From NCBI GenBank assembly GCA_049512075.1, contig JBEKXL010000011.1:1-64000 (forward strand): a stretch of 64,000 nt of DNA, read 5' to 3'. The position numbers were made by a program, and so were the translations under genes. The notes beneath the pieces are model-generated. The model worked only from the letters and a program-made list of their open reading frames with translations. It was not told the DNA's origin and did not search any database. This DNA is from Candidatus Bathyarchaeia archaeon (GTDB lineage Archaea > Thermoproteota > Bathyarchaeia > Bathyarchaeales > Bathycorpusculaceae). Of the stretch, positions 11,763 to 20,855 are shown one piece after another (positions within the stretch are counted from its first letter, which is position 1; each line of letters begins with the position of its first letter).

Positions 11763-11984
11763 GTGGACGGGGGGCGTAGGATGAAAATGCTGCAAGACAT
11801 GCGTGAAGTATTGAAAACGCTCAAACGGCGAAAACCGTCAAAGAAATACTGCCCGAAATGTGGAAGCCCTGATATTCGTTTGTCCAGCAGCTCGGGCTAT
11901 TGGCTTACGCCTCTGAAGTACGTGTGTAAAAAATGTGGATACTCTGGTCCTGTCGTTATGGAACTTGAAAAAGAGGAAGGTTAG
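11763..11984 (+). CDS. Small zinc-ribbon protein
   Basis: CPKCGS...YVCKKCGYSGPVVME; true start may be 11781. Confidence 0.75.
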   Translation: MDGGRRMKMLQDMREVLKTLKRRKPSKKYCPKCGSPDIRLSSSSGYWLTPLKYVCKKCGYSGPVVMELEKEEG

Positions 11985-12003
11985 CAGCGTCTGTTCTTTT
12001 TGG

Positions 12004-12942
12004 TCAATCAGGAAGCTCTAGTTTCAGTTGTTTCTTCAGGGTTTTGTAACGGTTTCTCACGGTAACTTCGGTAACGCCTGCTGCTTCAGCTATGTCTTTT
12101 TGTGTTTTCTTCTCGTTGTTCTGCAAGCAGGCGATGTACAACGCTGCAGCCGCGAGCCCCATGGGGTCTTTTCCGGCGGCTGCCCTTTTGCTTCTGGCTT
12201 CTCTCAGAATCTGTATGGCGAGTCCCTGCGTCTTGCCCGAAATTCCTGTTCTTTCAGCGATTTTTGAAACGTACGTGAGAGGGTCGGCAATCGGCATGTG
12301 TACTTCAAGTTCACGTAGCAGTAGCCTGTAGCAGCGTGCAACATCTTTTTTGTCGACCAAGCTTGCTTCGGCGATTTCGCGTAGGGTTCTGGGTGTTCCA
12401 CTTCCACGGCAGGCTGCATAAAGCGCTGCGGCTGCGATGGCTGCGATAGATCTGCCCCGGACTAGGCCTTTGTCCAGGGCTTTGCGGTATATAACCGCGG
12501 CTTTTTCTTTGATTGGTGGTGGAATGTAGACTTTGTCTGACAACCGGTCGAGTTCAGCCATTGCTTGGGCTAGGTTTCTGTCGATCGAAGAGTGAACCCT
12601 TGAGCGTATCTGCCATTTTCTCAGGCGCCACATCTGTAAACGTGTTGACAGTGGAAGTTTTCTTCCGAAGGCGTCACGGTCAACCTGGCTAATGGCCGTT
12701 GACAAGCCTTTATCGTGAACGGAATAAGATGTTGGTACTCCAACGCGGCTTCTTGAGGCTTTCTCTTCTTGAGTGAAGGCGCGCCATTCTGGGCCTTTAT
12801 CCATCATCTGCTCGTACACAACGAGTCCACAGTCGCCGCAAACGGTTTCGCCGGTGTCATAATCATGGACGAGGTTTGAACTGCTGCATTCTGGGCACTT
12901 GTCAACTAGACGTTGGCGAACCCCGGCTTCTTTTTTGCTCAA
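12004..12942 (-). CDS. tfb: Transcription initiation factor IIB
   Basis: CPEC...CGDCG zinc ribbon, GPEWRAF, two cyclin repeats, GVTEVTVRNRY. Confidence 0.98.
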   Translation of the reverse strand: MSKKEAGVRQRLVDKCPECSSSNLVHDYDTGETVCGDCGLVVYEQMMDKGPEWRAFTQEEKASRSRVGVPTSYSVHDKGLSTAISQVDRDAFGRKLPLSTRLQMWRLRKWQIRSRVHSSIDRNLAQAMAELDRLSDKVYIPPPIKEKAAVIYRKALDKGLVRGRSIAAIAAAALYAACRGSGTPRTLREIAEASLVDKKDVARCYRLLLRELEVHMPIADPLTYVSKIAERTGISGKTQGLAIQILREARSKRAAAGKDPMGLAAAALYIACLQNNEKKTQKDIAEAAGVTEVTVRNRYKTLKKQLKLELPD

Positions 12943-13189
12943 CTCTTTTCGCCTCGACTGATTTTTTCGTAGAACCGTCGTGATTCTTCATCATTTTTCA
13001 GAAAGCAGTACGTTCGGTCCTGCGTAACTATGCACGTGCGATGTCTTAATATATAAGGTTTACGGTTCTCTTGTATTGATTGAAATGGCCTTCCTGCTCG
13101 TAACAAAGGCAGTTCGCAGGCCGGATTGAGCATTACATTGTTAGCAAATCTTGAATACCCACGTGTACTATTGATGTCATAGTGTAAAG

Positions 13190-14314
13190 TTGATTCATGT
13201 GATAACGCTCCCAGAGAAGCTGCGAAAAGTGTTGGAGAGAACTGTCAAAGAGCTGGCCGCCAAGGAGAATGTTTATGGTGTGGGGCTTTTCGGGAGTTGG
13301 AGCCGAGGCGACGCTGAAACCTCAAGCGATGTTGACTTGTTCATACTTGACAGGGACGACTTTGCGTACGAGTTCGTTGAAAGGGTCGAGAGGGGCGGTT
13401 TTCTCATCGATTTAAATCATGTTCCAAGACGGTGGATTCAAGGCCAGATTCCTCCAGAGATAGATCAGAAACTCTACGAAGCGCAGATACTCTACGACAG
13501 GGACTGGGCCTTGACCAACACGAAACTCTTGATGGCGAAGTCTTACAGTTCACCCGAGAGGGTTGATATTCGGACTGATGCTCACGTCGTGGAATCCGAC
13601 ATATACTTGAGCCGGGCGACGTCAGCCCTTTCAAGGCATGACTTCAGAAGCTCGCATCTCTTTGCCACGGTGGCCTTTGAGAACGCTCTGAAGGTTCTGG
13701 TTGAGATAGCTTTGCAGCCTTTTTCGAACAGTCGATTTATGGAAATAGCCAGAAGCGCCGAGGCAAAACTCGGAATGCACAATGTTTTTGACGAGTACGT
13801 CGAGATGACGGACTTCGGCCGGGTTGACAAGATACAGGCCAGAGACAGGCTGAGACTCTTCAAAAATGTGTGGGACGATGTCAACGCTGCTACCAAAGAA
13901 AATCTTCAAACACTCCAATCCGTCCATTTCAAGGTTAGGACGCGGCTGAGCTATTATTTGAACCCCGGTTTTCTGCAAGGTGTCGTGAAGCGCGCAAGCG
14001 CCATGATTGAGGCAGAAAAAACTGTCGAAGTCGCGCATTATCTTAACGACATAGTTCTCGACTTTGTCGAAAACTATGCTTGGTTGAAATCTCTGATTGA
14101 CAAGGTCAAGATAGACTACACGACACTGATTCGTTCGTTAGAGGGTTTAGAGGGGGAAGACTCGGCAAACTACAGAAACATAACAACCATTCTAGGATTA
14201 GACAAGATCGACAGAATCGTTGCAACAAAGCAAATTGACGAGACGCGGGAGGCAATGCTTAGGGTACGAAGAGATAGGAAACTTTTAATCAAAAATCACT
14301 TATTAAAGACTTAG
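13190..14314 (+). CDS. Nucleotidyltransferase (Pol-beta/MNT-like) domain protein with helical C-terminal region
   Basis: LFGSWSRGDAETSSDVDL motif. Confidence 0.8.
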   Translation: MIHVITLPEKLRKVLERTVKELAAKENVYGVGLFGSWSRGDAETSSDVDLFILDRDDFAYEFVERVERGGFLIDLNHVPRRWIQGQIPPEIDQKLYEAQILYDRDWALTNTKLLMAKSYSSPERVDIRTDAHVVESDIYLSRATSALSRHDFRSSHLFATVAFENALKVLVEIALQPFSNSRFMEIARSAEAKLGMHNVFDEYVEMTDFGRVDKIQARDRLRLFKNVWDDVNAATKENLQTLQSVHFKVRTRLSYYLNPGFLQGVVKRASAMIEAEKTVEVAHYLNDIVLDFVENYAWLKSLIDKVKIDYTTLIRSLEGLEGEDSANYRNITTILGLDKIDRIVATKQIDETREAMLRVRRDRKLLIKNHLLKT

Positions 14315-14388
14315 TTCAAGAAGAACATGCCGCCAAGGCCGATGGTGAGGTCACCGGCGCAGTGTGCTTTGTGTAAGTGGCCCGGAGA

Positions 14389-14488
14389 AGCCCGGTGGAG
14401 GGAAGGACGCCTTTCCGCCGACTGTAGTGGACAAGCATAGCGGGCTTTGGACCCGCCGACGAGAGTTCGAATCTCTCCCGGGCTACCA
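14389..14488 (+). tRNA. tRNA-Gln(TTG) with 24-nt BHB intron (14399-14422) at position 10/11; CCA encoded
   Basis: Acceptor stem AGCCCGG/CCGGGCT+ACCA; anticodon arm GCGGG-CTTTGGA-CCCGC; T arm GAGAG-TTCGAAT-CTCTC; removing the intron gives AGCCCGGTGG|TGTAGTGGACAAGCAT. Confidence 0.93.
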
Positions 14489-14693
14489 AAATTATCCCAT
14501 TTTGGCTGTTTTTTGTGTATGCATTGAGGTTTTGGTTTTTGACTTAAAGCATCAGCGTGTCAGTGTTCTGGCTCGAGGGATTCTTACCCCCATTGAACCT
14601 CTTCCTTTAGAATTGACTGTTGAATTGTAAAATTGCAATGTTGCGTCTGGCGACCCCCCTTTTTTGTTTGCGCGCGCGAAAAGGAAAGAGTGG

Positions 14694-15212
14694 CTAGTAG
14701 TAGTATGTTATCGTTATGGTTTCAGTTGCGTTACCGACCAAGTTTGTGTTTCCGACCCTGATTTCTATCGGGGGGAGGATAACTGGTGGAAAGGGCGTGA
14801 TTGGGTAAGGGATGTAACTATATGATACTGGAGAAACTGCTGTTCCACTTACGCCAACACCTATTTGATTATCGTAGTTGACACCATTGAAAATGTAGAT
14901 GACCCGAACATAGGTATTAGAGGTTGTTGATGATAGAACATTAACTGAAACATATCCTGCATACCTCGATACGAAAAACCAAGAGGTATAATTGCTTGCA
15001 GTTTGAGTTACAGTCGTATTAACCCAAACTTCGGATTTGCCCAAGTTGGCAATATCGGTGAGGTCGTTCACTCTTGAATTTAATGAAGAAATCTGTAATA
15101 TAGCTCCCAATAGACCGACTACTAGAATGATACAGACTATTCCAAGTGCAATAGCAACATTCCTACTGACCATCTTCTTTGGTTTCGTTTCACTTGGTTT
15201 TGTTTCACTCAT
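14694..15212 (-). CDS. Membrane-anchored hypothetical protein ('TITYYY' family, paralog of 21638-22180)
   Basis: N-terminal TM helix, short coil, beta-rich domain ending TITYYY. Confidence 0.8.
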   Translation of the reverse strand: MSETKPSETKPKKMVSRNVAIALGIVCIILVVGLLGAILQISSLNSRVNDLTDIANLGKSEVWVNTTVTQTASNYTSWFFVSRYAGYVSVNVLSSTTSNTYVRVIYIFNGVNYDNQIGVGVSGTAVSPVSYSYIPYPITPFPPVILPPIEIRVGNTNLVGNATETITITYYY

Positions 15213-15335
15213 TTTTGAACCCCTAGTTTGTCTTGTGTTGTTATGCAGATTTAAGATTTCTGTCCTTTCAGCTTGACTAGAGCCTTTTGTACGGCATGAA
15301 AAAGACTAGAAAATGAGAGTGGGTTTAGTAGTAGT
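15204..15335 (-). repeat. Conserved gene-end/terminator/promoter spacer, copy A (homologous to 16425-16560, 21580-21646 and 22170-22240)
   Basis: Minus strand reads TACTACTACTAAACCCACTCTCATTTTCTAG...CATGCCGTACAAAAGGCTCTAGTCAAGCTGAAAGGACAGAAATCTTAAATC...AAGACAAACTAGGGGTTCAAAAATGAGTGAA. Confidence 0.85.
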
Positions 15336-15390
15336 ATGTCATTGTTATCGTCTGAGTTGCTCCATTGTTTAGGTTCCCATTTCCGCACCT
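15325..15390 (-). pseudogene. 3' remnant of another 'TITYYY'-family paralog
   Basis: GNGNLNNGATQTITMTYYY* versus GNTNLVGNATETITITYYY* in 14694-15212. Confidence 0.8.
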
Positions 15391-15471
15391 TTCCAGATTA
15401 GCCATTTTTAAAAAAAAGAAAAAAGTGGAGTAGTTGAAAGACACCTGGGATTATGCTGTTGTTGTTTTGTC

Positions 15472-16332
15472 TTAACGCTTCCTTTTTCTGTAGACTATAA
15501 CTGCTAGTAGTGTTGCCATCACGAACAATGGTAGAATAAGGAATGTTGGGAACTCTGGAATGCCACCTGGGTTGGTAATGGTACTGGCATCTAAGGTAAC
15601 CGCGGTCTGTGCAAATGCTCTACCATTTAGCACTGCACCAGTGTTTAGCACTATAGCTGTTTGGCATAGAATAACTCCATTGAAGATGGATGTAGTTCCA
15701 AGTGTCACTTGACCCGCAACTTGCCAGAAGATGTTCCTTACCACTGCTTCTCCGCTTAGGATAACATGTACACCAGAACTGACATCAAGGTTTTGGGCTA
15801 TTTGGAATATCCACACGTCACTTGAGCTTCCTGAGAGGGTAACGTCAGTTGGTATTGTCACGCCAGTGCTCCATTTGTATAGGCCAGCAGAGAGAGTCAT
15901 TCCGCCAATATTTCCAGCTCCTAATTCAGTATGGTCTGGTAAACTTCTTCCAGCAGCATCGGTGTACGCTGTTTCCATATCGCTTATAGCTGTAGTCATG
16001 GTAGTTGGAGTTGGTGCTGCAAAGTCGGCAGCATATATCTTTCCTGTAACTAAAGATGATGTCGCAAATTGATTAGAGGAATCCATTATTAACCCAAATC
16101 CAGTAATGGCAGTAGAGTCGATTGGACTCACTCCAATATCCCCAACAATTGAAGTGGTTCCAGTACTGGATATGCCTGACTTTGCTAGAATAACGAAGTT
16201 TCCTGCTGAACCAAGATTAACTGGCGATTGTCCTGAACCTTTGGCAAAGTTTAAAGCCATGCCTAACATAGCAAACAGAGTTAAGCACAACATTATTCTT
16301 ATCAATGTCTTTTTCTTCATTCTAATCACCAC
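15472..16332 (-). CDS. Ice-binding protein family (DUF3494) with signal peptide and PEF-CTERM anchor
   Basis: VNLGSAGNFVILAKSGIS...GDIGVSP...MTTAISDMETAYTDAAGR...GLYKW...WIFQI...NIFWQV...NGRAFAQTAVTLD; C-terminus IPEFP-TM-RKRKR. Confidence 0.93.
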   Translation of the reverse strand: MVIRMKKKTLIRIMLCLTLFAMLGMALNFAKGSGQSPVNLGSAGNFVILAKSGISSTGTTSIVGDIGVSPIDSTAITGFGLIMDSSNQFATSSLVTGKIYAADFAAPTPTTMTTAISDMETAYTDAAGRSLPDHTELGAGNIGGMTLSAGLYKWSTGVTIPTDVTLSGSSSDVWIFQIAQNLDVSSGVHVILSGEAVVRNIFWQVAGQVTLGTTSIFNGVILCQTAIVLNTGAVLNGRAFAQTAVTLDASTITNPGGIPEFPTFLILPLFVMATLLAVIVYRKRKR

Positions 16333-16424
16333 CCTGTTTAGTTAATATTAAATACGTGGTAGATGGCTAGTCTACCACGCTAGAGCCCTTGCGTTTTAAC
16401 CATTTGCACGTGTTCTGTCTTCAC

Positions 16425-16560
16425 GTCTAGTTTGTCTTCTGTTGCTGTCCAAATTTAAGATTTCTGTCTTTCTAATCTATGTATACGCTCTGAGTTTGGC
16501 TAATGCCTTTTGTACTGCATGGCTTAAACCAGAAAAAGAGAGTGGGTTTTGGTAGTGGTA
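16425..16560 (-). repeat. Conserved gene-end/terminator/promoter spacer, copy B (upstream of the ice-binding gene)
   Basis: Minus strand TACCACTACCAAAACCCACTCTCTTTTTCTGGTTTAAGCCATGCAGTACAAAAGGC...AGACAGAAATCTTAAAT...AGAAGACAAACTAG. Confidence 0.85.
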
Positions 16561-16562
16561 TG

Positions 16563-16624
16563 GTTCTGCACTTTCGACATAATGTTGATAGCTAGTTAGA
16601 CAAACGACTAGCCATTCCTTCCCC
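16563..16624 (+). repeat. Direct repeat, left copy (41 bp identical to 17304-17344), putative recombination site
   Basis: GTTCTGCACTTTCGACATAATGTTGATAGCTAGTTAGACAA followed by ...CCATTCCTTCCCC in both copies. Confidence 0.9.
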
Positions 16625-16740
16625 TCTTTTTTTGGTGATTGCATGACAGGATTCATCTTCTAGGCATCTATCAGTAATACCTAAGCCAAAAAGCTTAAAG
16701 CATGTGCTTCACATAACGTATTTTCAAAAAGGAGGGAAAA

Positions 16741-17037
16741 ATGAGGATGAAAAGCAAAGAGTTTATGGACAAAGATGTCTATGCTGGGACCGAGAAAATA
16801 GGCACAGTCAAAGAACTCGGAATAGATCCAGGAAGTTGGGAAGTAACTCATCTTGAAGTCGAATTGACTAAGGATGCAGCTGAATCTGTGCTTGGTGCAA
16901 AGAAAGGTGGAGTGCGAAACATGTTGGCCACTTCAGCCCTAAAGAGCGGGGTTGCACGCTGGACAGACAAAGGGCTAAACTTAGAGGTCCCAAAAACAGA
17001 ACTGCACGCGTACCTAAAACCAGTAGTTGAACCTTAG
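16741..17037 (+). CDS. PRC-barrel domain protein
   Basis: EFMDKDVYAGTEKIGTVKELGIDPGSWEVTHLEV; GGAGG RBS. Confidence 0.8.
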   Translation: MRMKSKEFMDKDVYAGTEKIGTVKELGIDPGSWEVTHLEVELTKDAAESVLGAKKGGVRNMLATSALKSGVARWTDKGLNLEVPKTELHAYLKPVVEP

Positions 17038-17051
17038 TTGGGGATTTGGCT

Positions 17052-17222
17052 GTGGACTGGTTTTGGACGATTGTTGTCATACTCGTGATACTGTGGGCAG
17101 TGGGATTCTTTGCTTTCTATAGCATAGGTCCAATAATACATATACTGATTGTGATTGCCGTAATCATAGTAGTATATCGACTGCTGACTGGAAGACACAT
17201 ATTGTCTGGAGACAAAAGATAG
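17052..17222 (+). CDS. 56-aa two-TM membrane protein, lmo0937/DUF5670-like; below the ORF-track cutoff
   Basis: MDWFWTIVVILVILWAVGFFAFYSIGPIIHILIVIAVIIVVYRLLTGR... Confidence 0.8.
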   Translation: MDWFWTIVVILVILWAVGFFAFYSIGPIIHILIVIAVIIVVYRLLTGRHILSGDKR

Positions 17223-17303
17223 CGTTCACAGACTGTAATTTATGCCAAAACCCATACCAAAACCCAAGAAGACTACGCTTTCTCTCTCCTGCTTTCTTTT
17301 TCT

Positions 17304-17364
17304 GTTCTGCACTTTCGACATAATGTTGATAGCTAGTTAGACAATAACTAACCATTCCTTCCCC
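17304..17364 (+). repeat. Direct repeat, right copy
   Basis: Identical 41-bp core to 16563-16603; contains TCGACA-TAA-TGTTGA and TAGTTA-GACAA-TAACTA dyads. Confidence 0.9.
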
Positions 17365-17444
17365 CCTTCTATAGGAAAACTTAAACACATAACACCGTTC
17401 TTTTTTTGGTTTAGTTTAGTATGGAGTGAAAAGGTGGTGATAGA

Positions 17445-17666
17445 ATGAAGAACGGAAAGAAATTAGTTATAGTAGCCTTAGTATTATTCCTATGCAGTTT
17501 TATCAGCGAAATTCTTGCTGTATATCCTGTTCTCTGCAATACTCTTTTCAATGCTAATCTCCCTACTCTTCTTGACTCCACTTACGCTATGCTTCTCTCT
17601 GAAATAGGAATAGTATTAGTTTTTGTGGCTCTAATTCTTGCCATAGTAGGAGTAGGTTTAAGCTAG
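17445..17666 (+). CDS. Small two-TM membrane protein
   Basis: Two hydrophobic helices, GGTGGTGA RBS, T-rich terminator after the stop. Confidence 0.7.
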   Translation: MKNGKKLVIVALVLFLCSFISEILAVYPVLCNTLFNANLPTLLDSTYAMLLSEIGIVLVFVALILAIVGVGLS

Positions 17667-17953
17667 AAGTAAAGTTAGTATCTCTCTTTTTTTAGTCTCT
17701 TAGTTCTTTAGGCTTTGGTTTAGTCTAGGCTTTAGTATAGTCTTGGTGGGGGGGGGTCGTGGGTGGTCCTAGAGCCTCAGAGCCTCAAAGGACACTTAGA
17801 CACAGTGAAAACTTGGACACTACAGAAATCAATCTTCCCTCTTTTTCTACAGTTTAATTAATCTATATCATTTGGTGGACATAGAGTTAAACTTAGTATT
17901 GGATACAGAATAAATCTATAAATGAATCACTACTATCTATATTCTCTCTAGGC

Positions 17954-18210
17954 TTAATGTCAGATGTAATGTGTATTGTTACAAACCATGAAGAAAAACG
18001 GGCGGAAAGGCTGTTCAGAGTGGACTCGGCCCTTTTGTTTGTAATGTCAGATGTAATTTTCATTGCAATAGTCAGGGATTGTAGGTAGGGTTGACTTTCT
18101 GCTGTTCAGTTGTAACGCCAGATGTAATGCTGTTGGTAACGAGTCGTGAGGAAACAGATGGAGTATGTATGATTGCTCAGGTCTGGGAGGCCTACTGGGA
18201 TCTTGGCGGC
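17954..18210 (+). repeat. Dispersed element copy 2: three tandem GTAA-triplet units plus decayed small gene
   Basis: Triplets start at 17954/17966/17978, 18041/18053/18065 and 18112/18124/18136; homologous to 9983-10105 and to 50560-50706 (inverted). Confidence 0.8.
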
Positions 18211-19244
18211 CTTTGGCTGTCTTGTATATGTATTGGTCGTCGTGGTCTTAACAGTACGGAAGAAAGGGCGATCAGAGCGACTACTAAGGGCAGAAGGTTA
18301 GCGGGGAATTCTGGAATCGCGCCAATTGGAATGTTCAGGGTGAATTGGTTTTCAGAATCCGTTGCAAACTGACCGCTGTAGATTTTGTAGGTCTTAACAT
18401 CTACTTTACTCTCTAACACGTTGAACGTCAGGATTCGCACAGTTGCCGCTCCTCTCTCGGAGTCTAAGTTCTGATAGTTGAAGAAGAGTTCATAGCGATT
18501 TCCTATTACTGTTCGGTTGGCGTTGCCGTTGCTGTAGTAGTGGCCGTTTAGAGTCATGAAAACGTTCGGGTGATTGTTCAAAACCGTGTTCTGAAGATGG
18601 AGGCTCCATTGATGGTACCGGCAGTTCTCATCCAGATAGGCGTGAGTGGCCACGATGGCGTAGGAGTTGGGATGGCTGTCCAGGATGCTGTTGGCCCAGC
18701 TGAGGGCTGGGTCACTTGCTTCGTATTCGAGGTTGACGACTATGAAGTTCCAGTTGCCGAATTCGAAGTGTACTGCCGTGCTTCTGCCGTTTGAATCGTC
18801 TCCGAGCCAGTAGGGTCTTTGACTCATGGCTGAGGCGTTGAAGGCTTTGAAGTTCATGCCGTTCCATGAGGACTGGTCGTCGTGGTTTCCAGCGTCCCAA
18901 CAGTAGGGTATGCCGTTGTCCAGCAGTATTCCCATCGAATGGTTGGCGTTTTCCCACTGATTCAGATCTGAAGGAGTATTGACTATGTCGCCCGTGTGCA
19001 CGACCATCTTGATGTTGTAGGTGTCCTTGTTGCTTATTATCCAGTTGCACGTGTTGTCAAAATCGCTGGGATAAGTCTGCGAAAGGTATTGTGTGTCAGT
19101 GATCCAAATCACTGAAAAAGTGGATTCAGGGGCTAATGCGAGAGGAACGAACTCGCATGAAATCAGAAGCGCAAACAAAAGTATGAAAACATTCCTCTTC
19201 TGAGTATCCAAACCTGACCCGCCGATTCGCTGGCTAGGTCTCAT
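18192..19244 (-). CDS. Secreted calcineurin-like metallophosphoesterase with PEF-CTERM anchor
   Basis: TDTQY, HTGDIV, AGNHD, ATHAY, NGHY; C-terminus IPEFPA-TM-RPRR. Confidence 0.9.
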   Translation of the reverse strand: MRPSQRIGGSGLDTQKRNVFILLFALLISCEFVPLALAPESTFSVIWITDTQYLSQTYPSDFDNTCNWIISNKDTYNIKMVVHTGDIVNTPSDLNQWENANHSMGILLDNGIPYCWDAGNHDDQSSWNGMNFKAFNASAMSQRPYWLGDDSNGRSTAVHFEFGNWNFIVVNLEYEASDPALSWANSILDSHPNSYAIVATHAYLDENCRYHQWSLHLQNTVLNNHPNVFMTLNGHYYSNGNANRTVIGNRYELFFNYQNLDSERGAATVRILTFNVLESKVDVKTYKIYSGQFATDSENQFTLNIPIGAIPEFPANLLPLVVALIALSSVLLRPRRPIHIQDSQRPPRSQ

Positions 19245-19378
19245 ATATCATGTTTTGCCGATATTTGCCTTCTGGAGAAAAGCAGTTCGGCTATTGCGAC
19301 ATTGGCTGAGAATTCGCAGACTGAAAACGAAAAATGAGAGACGGGAATCGTGGATGGAACAGAATTCTCTCGTTTATT

Positions 19379-20374
19379 TCAGAGGCCGATGCTGTTTATC
19401 ACGCTGGCTGAGTTGCCATCGATTACCAAAGCTATTTTATTCCCCTTGTGTTCGTAGCGGGCGAACCATATTGGCGCGTAGAGCAGCTCCGAGTCTGCGA
19501 CGTCTATGTCAGTGTGTAGCTGCTGAATCATATGGTACTGTGCGTGCGCCCTCTCGGATTGCAGCTGATCGACGAGCGTCTTAGCCTGATATTTGGCCGC
19601 CTCTTCTCCAACGTCACCGTTCAGGATCTTTATACCCTTCGGGACCTTCGAAACGTCGAAAAGAGTCCTATCGTCGAGGTTGAACTGGTAATTTCTGGGC
19701 TGATGTTCAGTGAGAGCCTTGAGCGCTACTATGGGGAAATTGTAGTTGTTGTTCATCTGGTAGGTCTTCCTCGCGGCAGCTTGACTCGGACCCATCATGC
19801 CGCCCATCAGTGCTCCCGCAAGAAGTGGCCCTGCAAAACCACCCCCACCCCGTCTACCACCAAAGCCCGATCCTATCACACCGGCCAGTGCGGCGGTGGT
19901 GGCTATTTCTCCGGCTTGAACTGCCATGTCGCTAGCCACGACAGATGTCCTCGCCGATACGGAGACGATCCAGTAAGGGACAAAGCTCAGGTTCATCTCC
20001 TCAAGCGTTGAACTCTCTTGAAGGTGTCTGTGCAGCAGTCCCCTGTCCATAAGGCTGTGTATTTCCGCGGCGACTTGATCTTTTTCAGCTAGCTTGAGTG
20101 GAAGCATGGTTTGCCTCTGCACACCCCTCCAGCCGTCGTTTCCTAGAGTTACTCCTGTTCCACAGTATTCACAGGTTATGATCATCTCGCCAAACTTCGG
20201 CGTGATCGGCGCGCCACAATGGGGACACTTCAGCGACTTTGCTTCCAACGGAGCCAGAATGGGCGCAGTCGAGGCTGGAGCCTGTTGTGGCTGAGCAGTA
20301 GTGAGGCTGGTTCCACACTTTATGCAGAAGGCAGCATCATCTGGAAGCTGAGTTCCGCACTTAGGACAGTACAA
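19379..20374 (-). CDS. Zinc-ribbon domain protein with Gly-rich insert
   Basis: MYCPKCG...FCIKCG; CPHCGA...CEYCG; FVPYW and YAPIWF motifs. Confidence 0.8.
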   Translation of the reverse strand: MYCPKCGTQLPDDAAFCIKCGTSLTTAQPQQAPASTAPILAPLEAKSLKCPHCGAPITPKFGEMIITCEYCGTGVTLGNDGWRGVQRQTMLPLKLAEKDQVAAEIHSLMDRGLLHRHLQESSTLEEMNLSFVPYWIVSVSARTSVVASDMAVQAGEIATTAALAGVIGSGFGGRRGGGGFAGPLLAGALMGGMMGPSQAAARKTYQMNNNYNFPIVALKALTEHQPRNYQFNLDDRTLFDVSKVPKGIKILNGDVGEEAAKYQAKTLVDQLQSERAHAQYHMIQQLHTDIDVADSELLYAPIWFARYEHKGNKIALVIDGNSASVINSIGL

Positions 20375-20855
20375 GGTTTTCTCGCCTCGTCGCAGCCGCT
20401 TGCCGATTATCTTCCGACAATTTGACCACTCAGAAACCTGCGTCTAACGTTTTTCCTATACATCCGCCTATAAATAACTGTTGCCATCTGCAGGACCGAA
20501 CGACATCGGCTGGATCATAGCTGTGACAGCATACGGCAAGCTCGTCGTTTCTCTTCACGCGCTTATGGAGCTCCGCAGCATCAAAACAGGCGAGACTGCC
20601 ACCCGAGAAGCGTCTCAGCAGGTTCATCCGAAAGGGCGCGTGCTTTCCGAAAAGCGCAGTACAGCTTGGTTGTAACCTAGGACGGAGGGCTCGTGCGCTA
20701 TCTTTTTGATGCGCCACAATTCACTTCAATGATGCCAAAAACTGTTTGGGGTATAGTTATGGCAGGAGTAATGGCCTTGATTTTCATTTCTCTGTGGTTC
20801 TACAAACAGAAAAAGGCTATTATCTGAGGGGAATTACTAGTTATGCTAGGTAGCC

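Noticed and set aside
20430-20717. ORFs 20430-20717 and 20481-20675
   Set aside because: No recognisable domain or convincing translation signals
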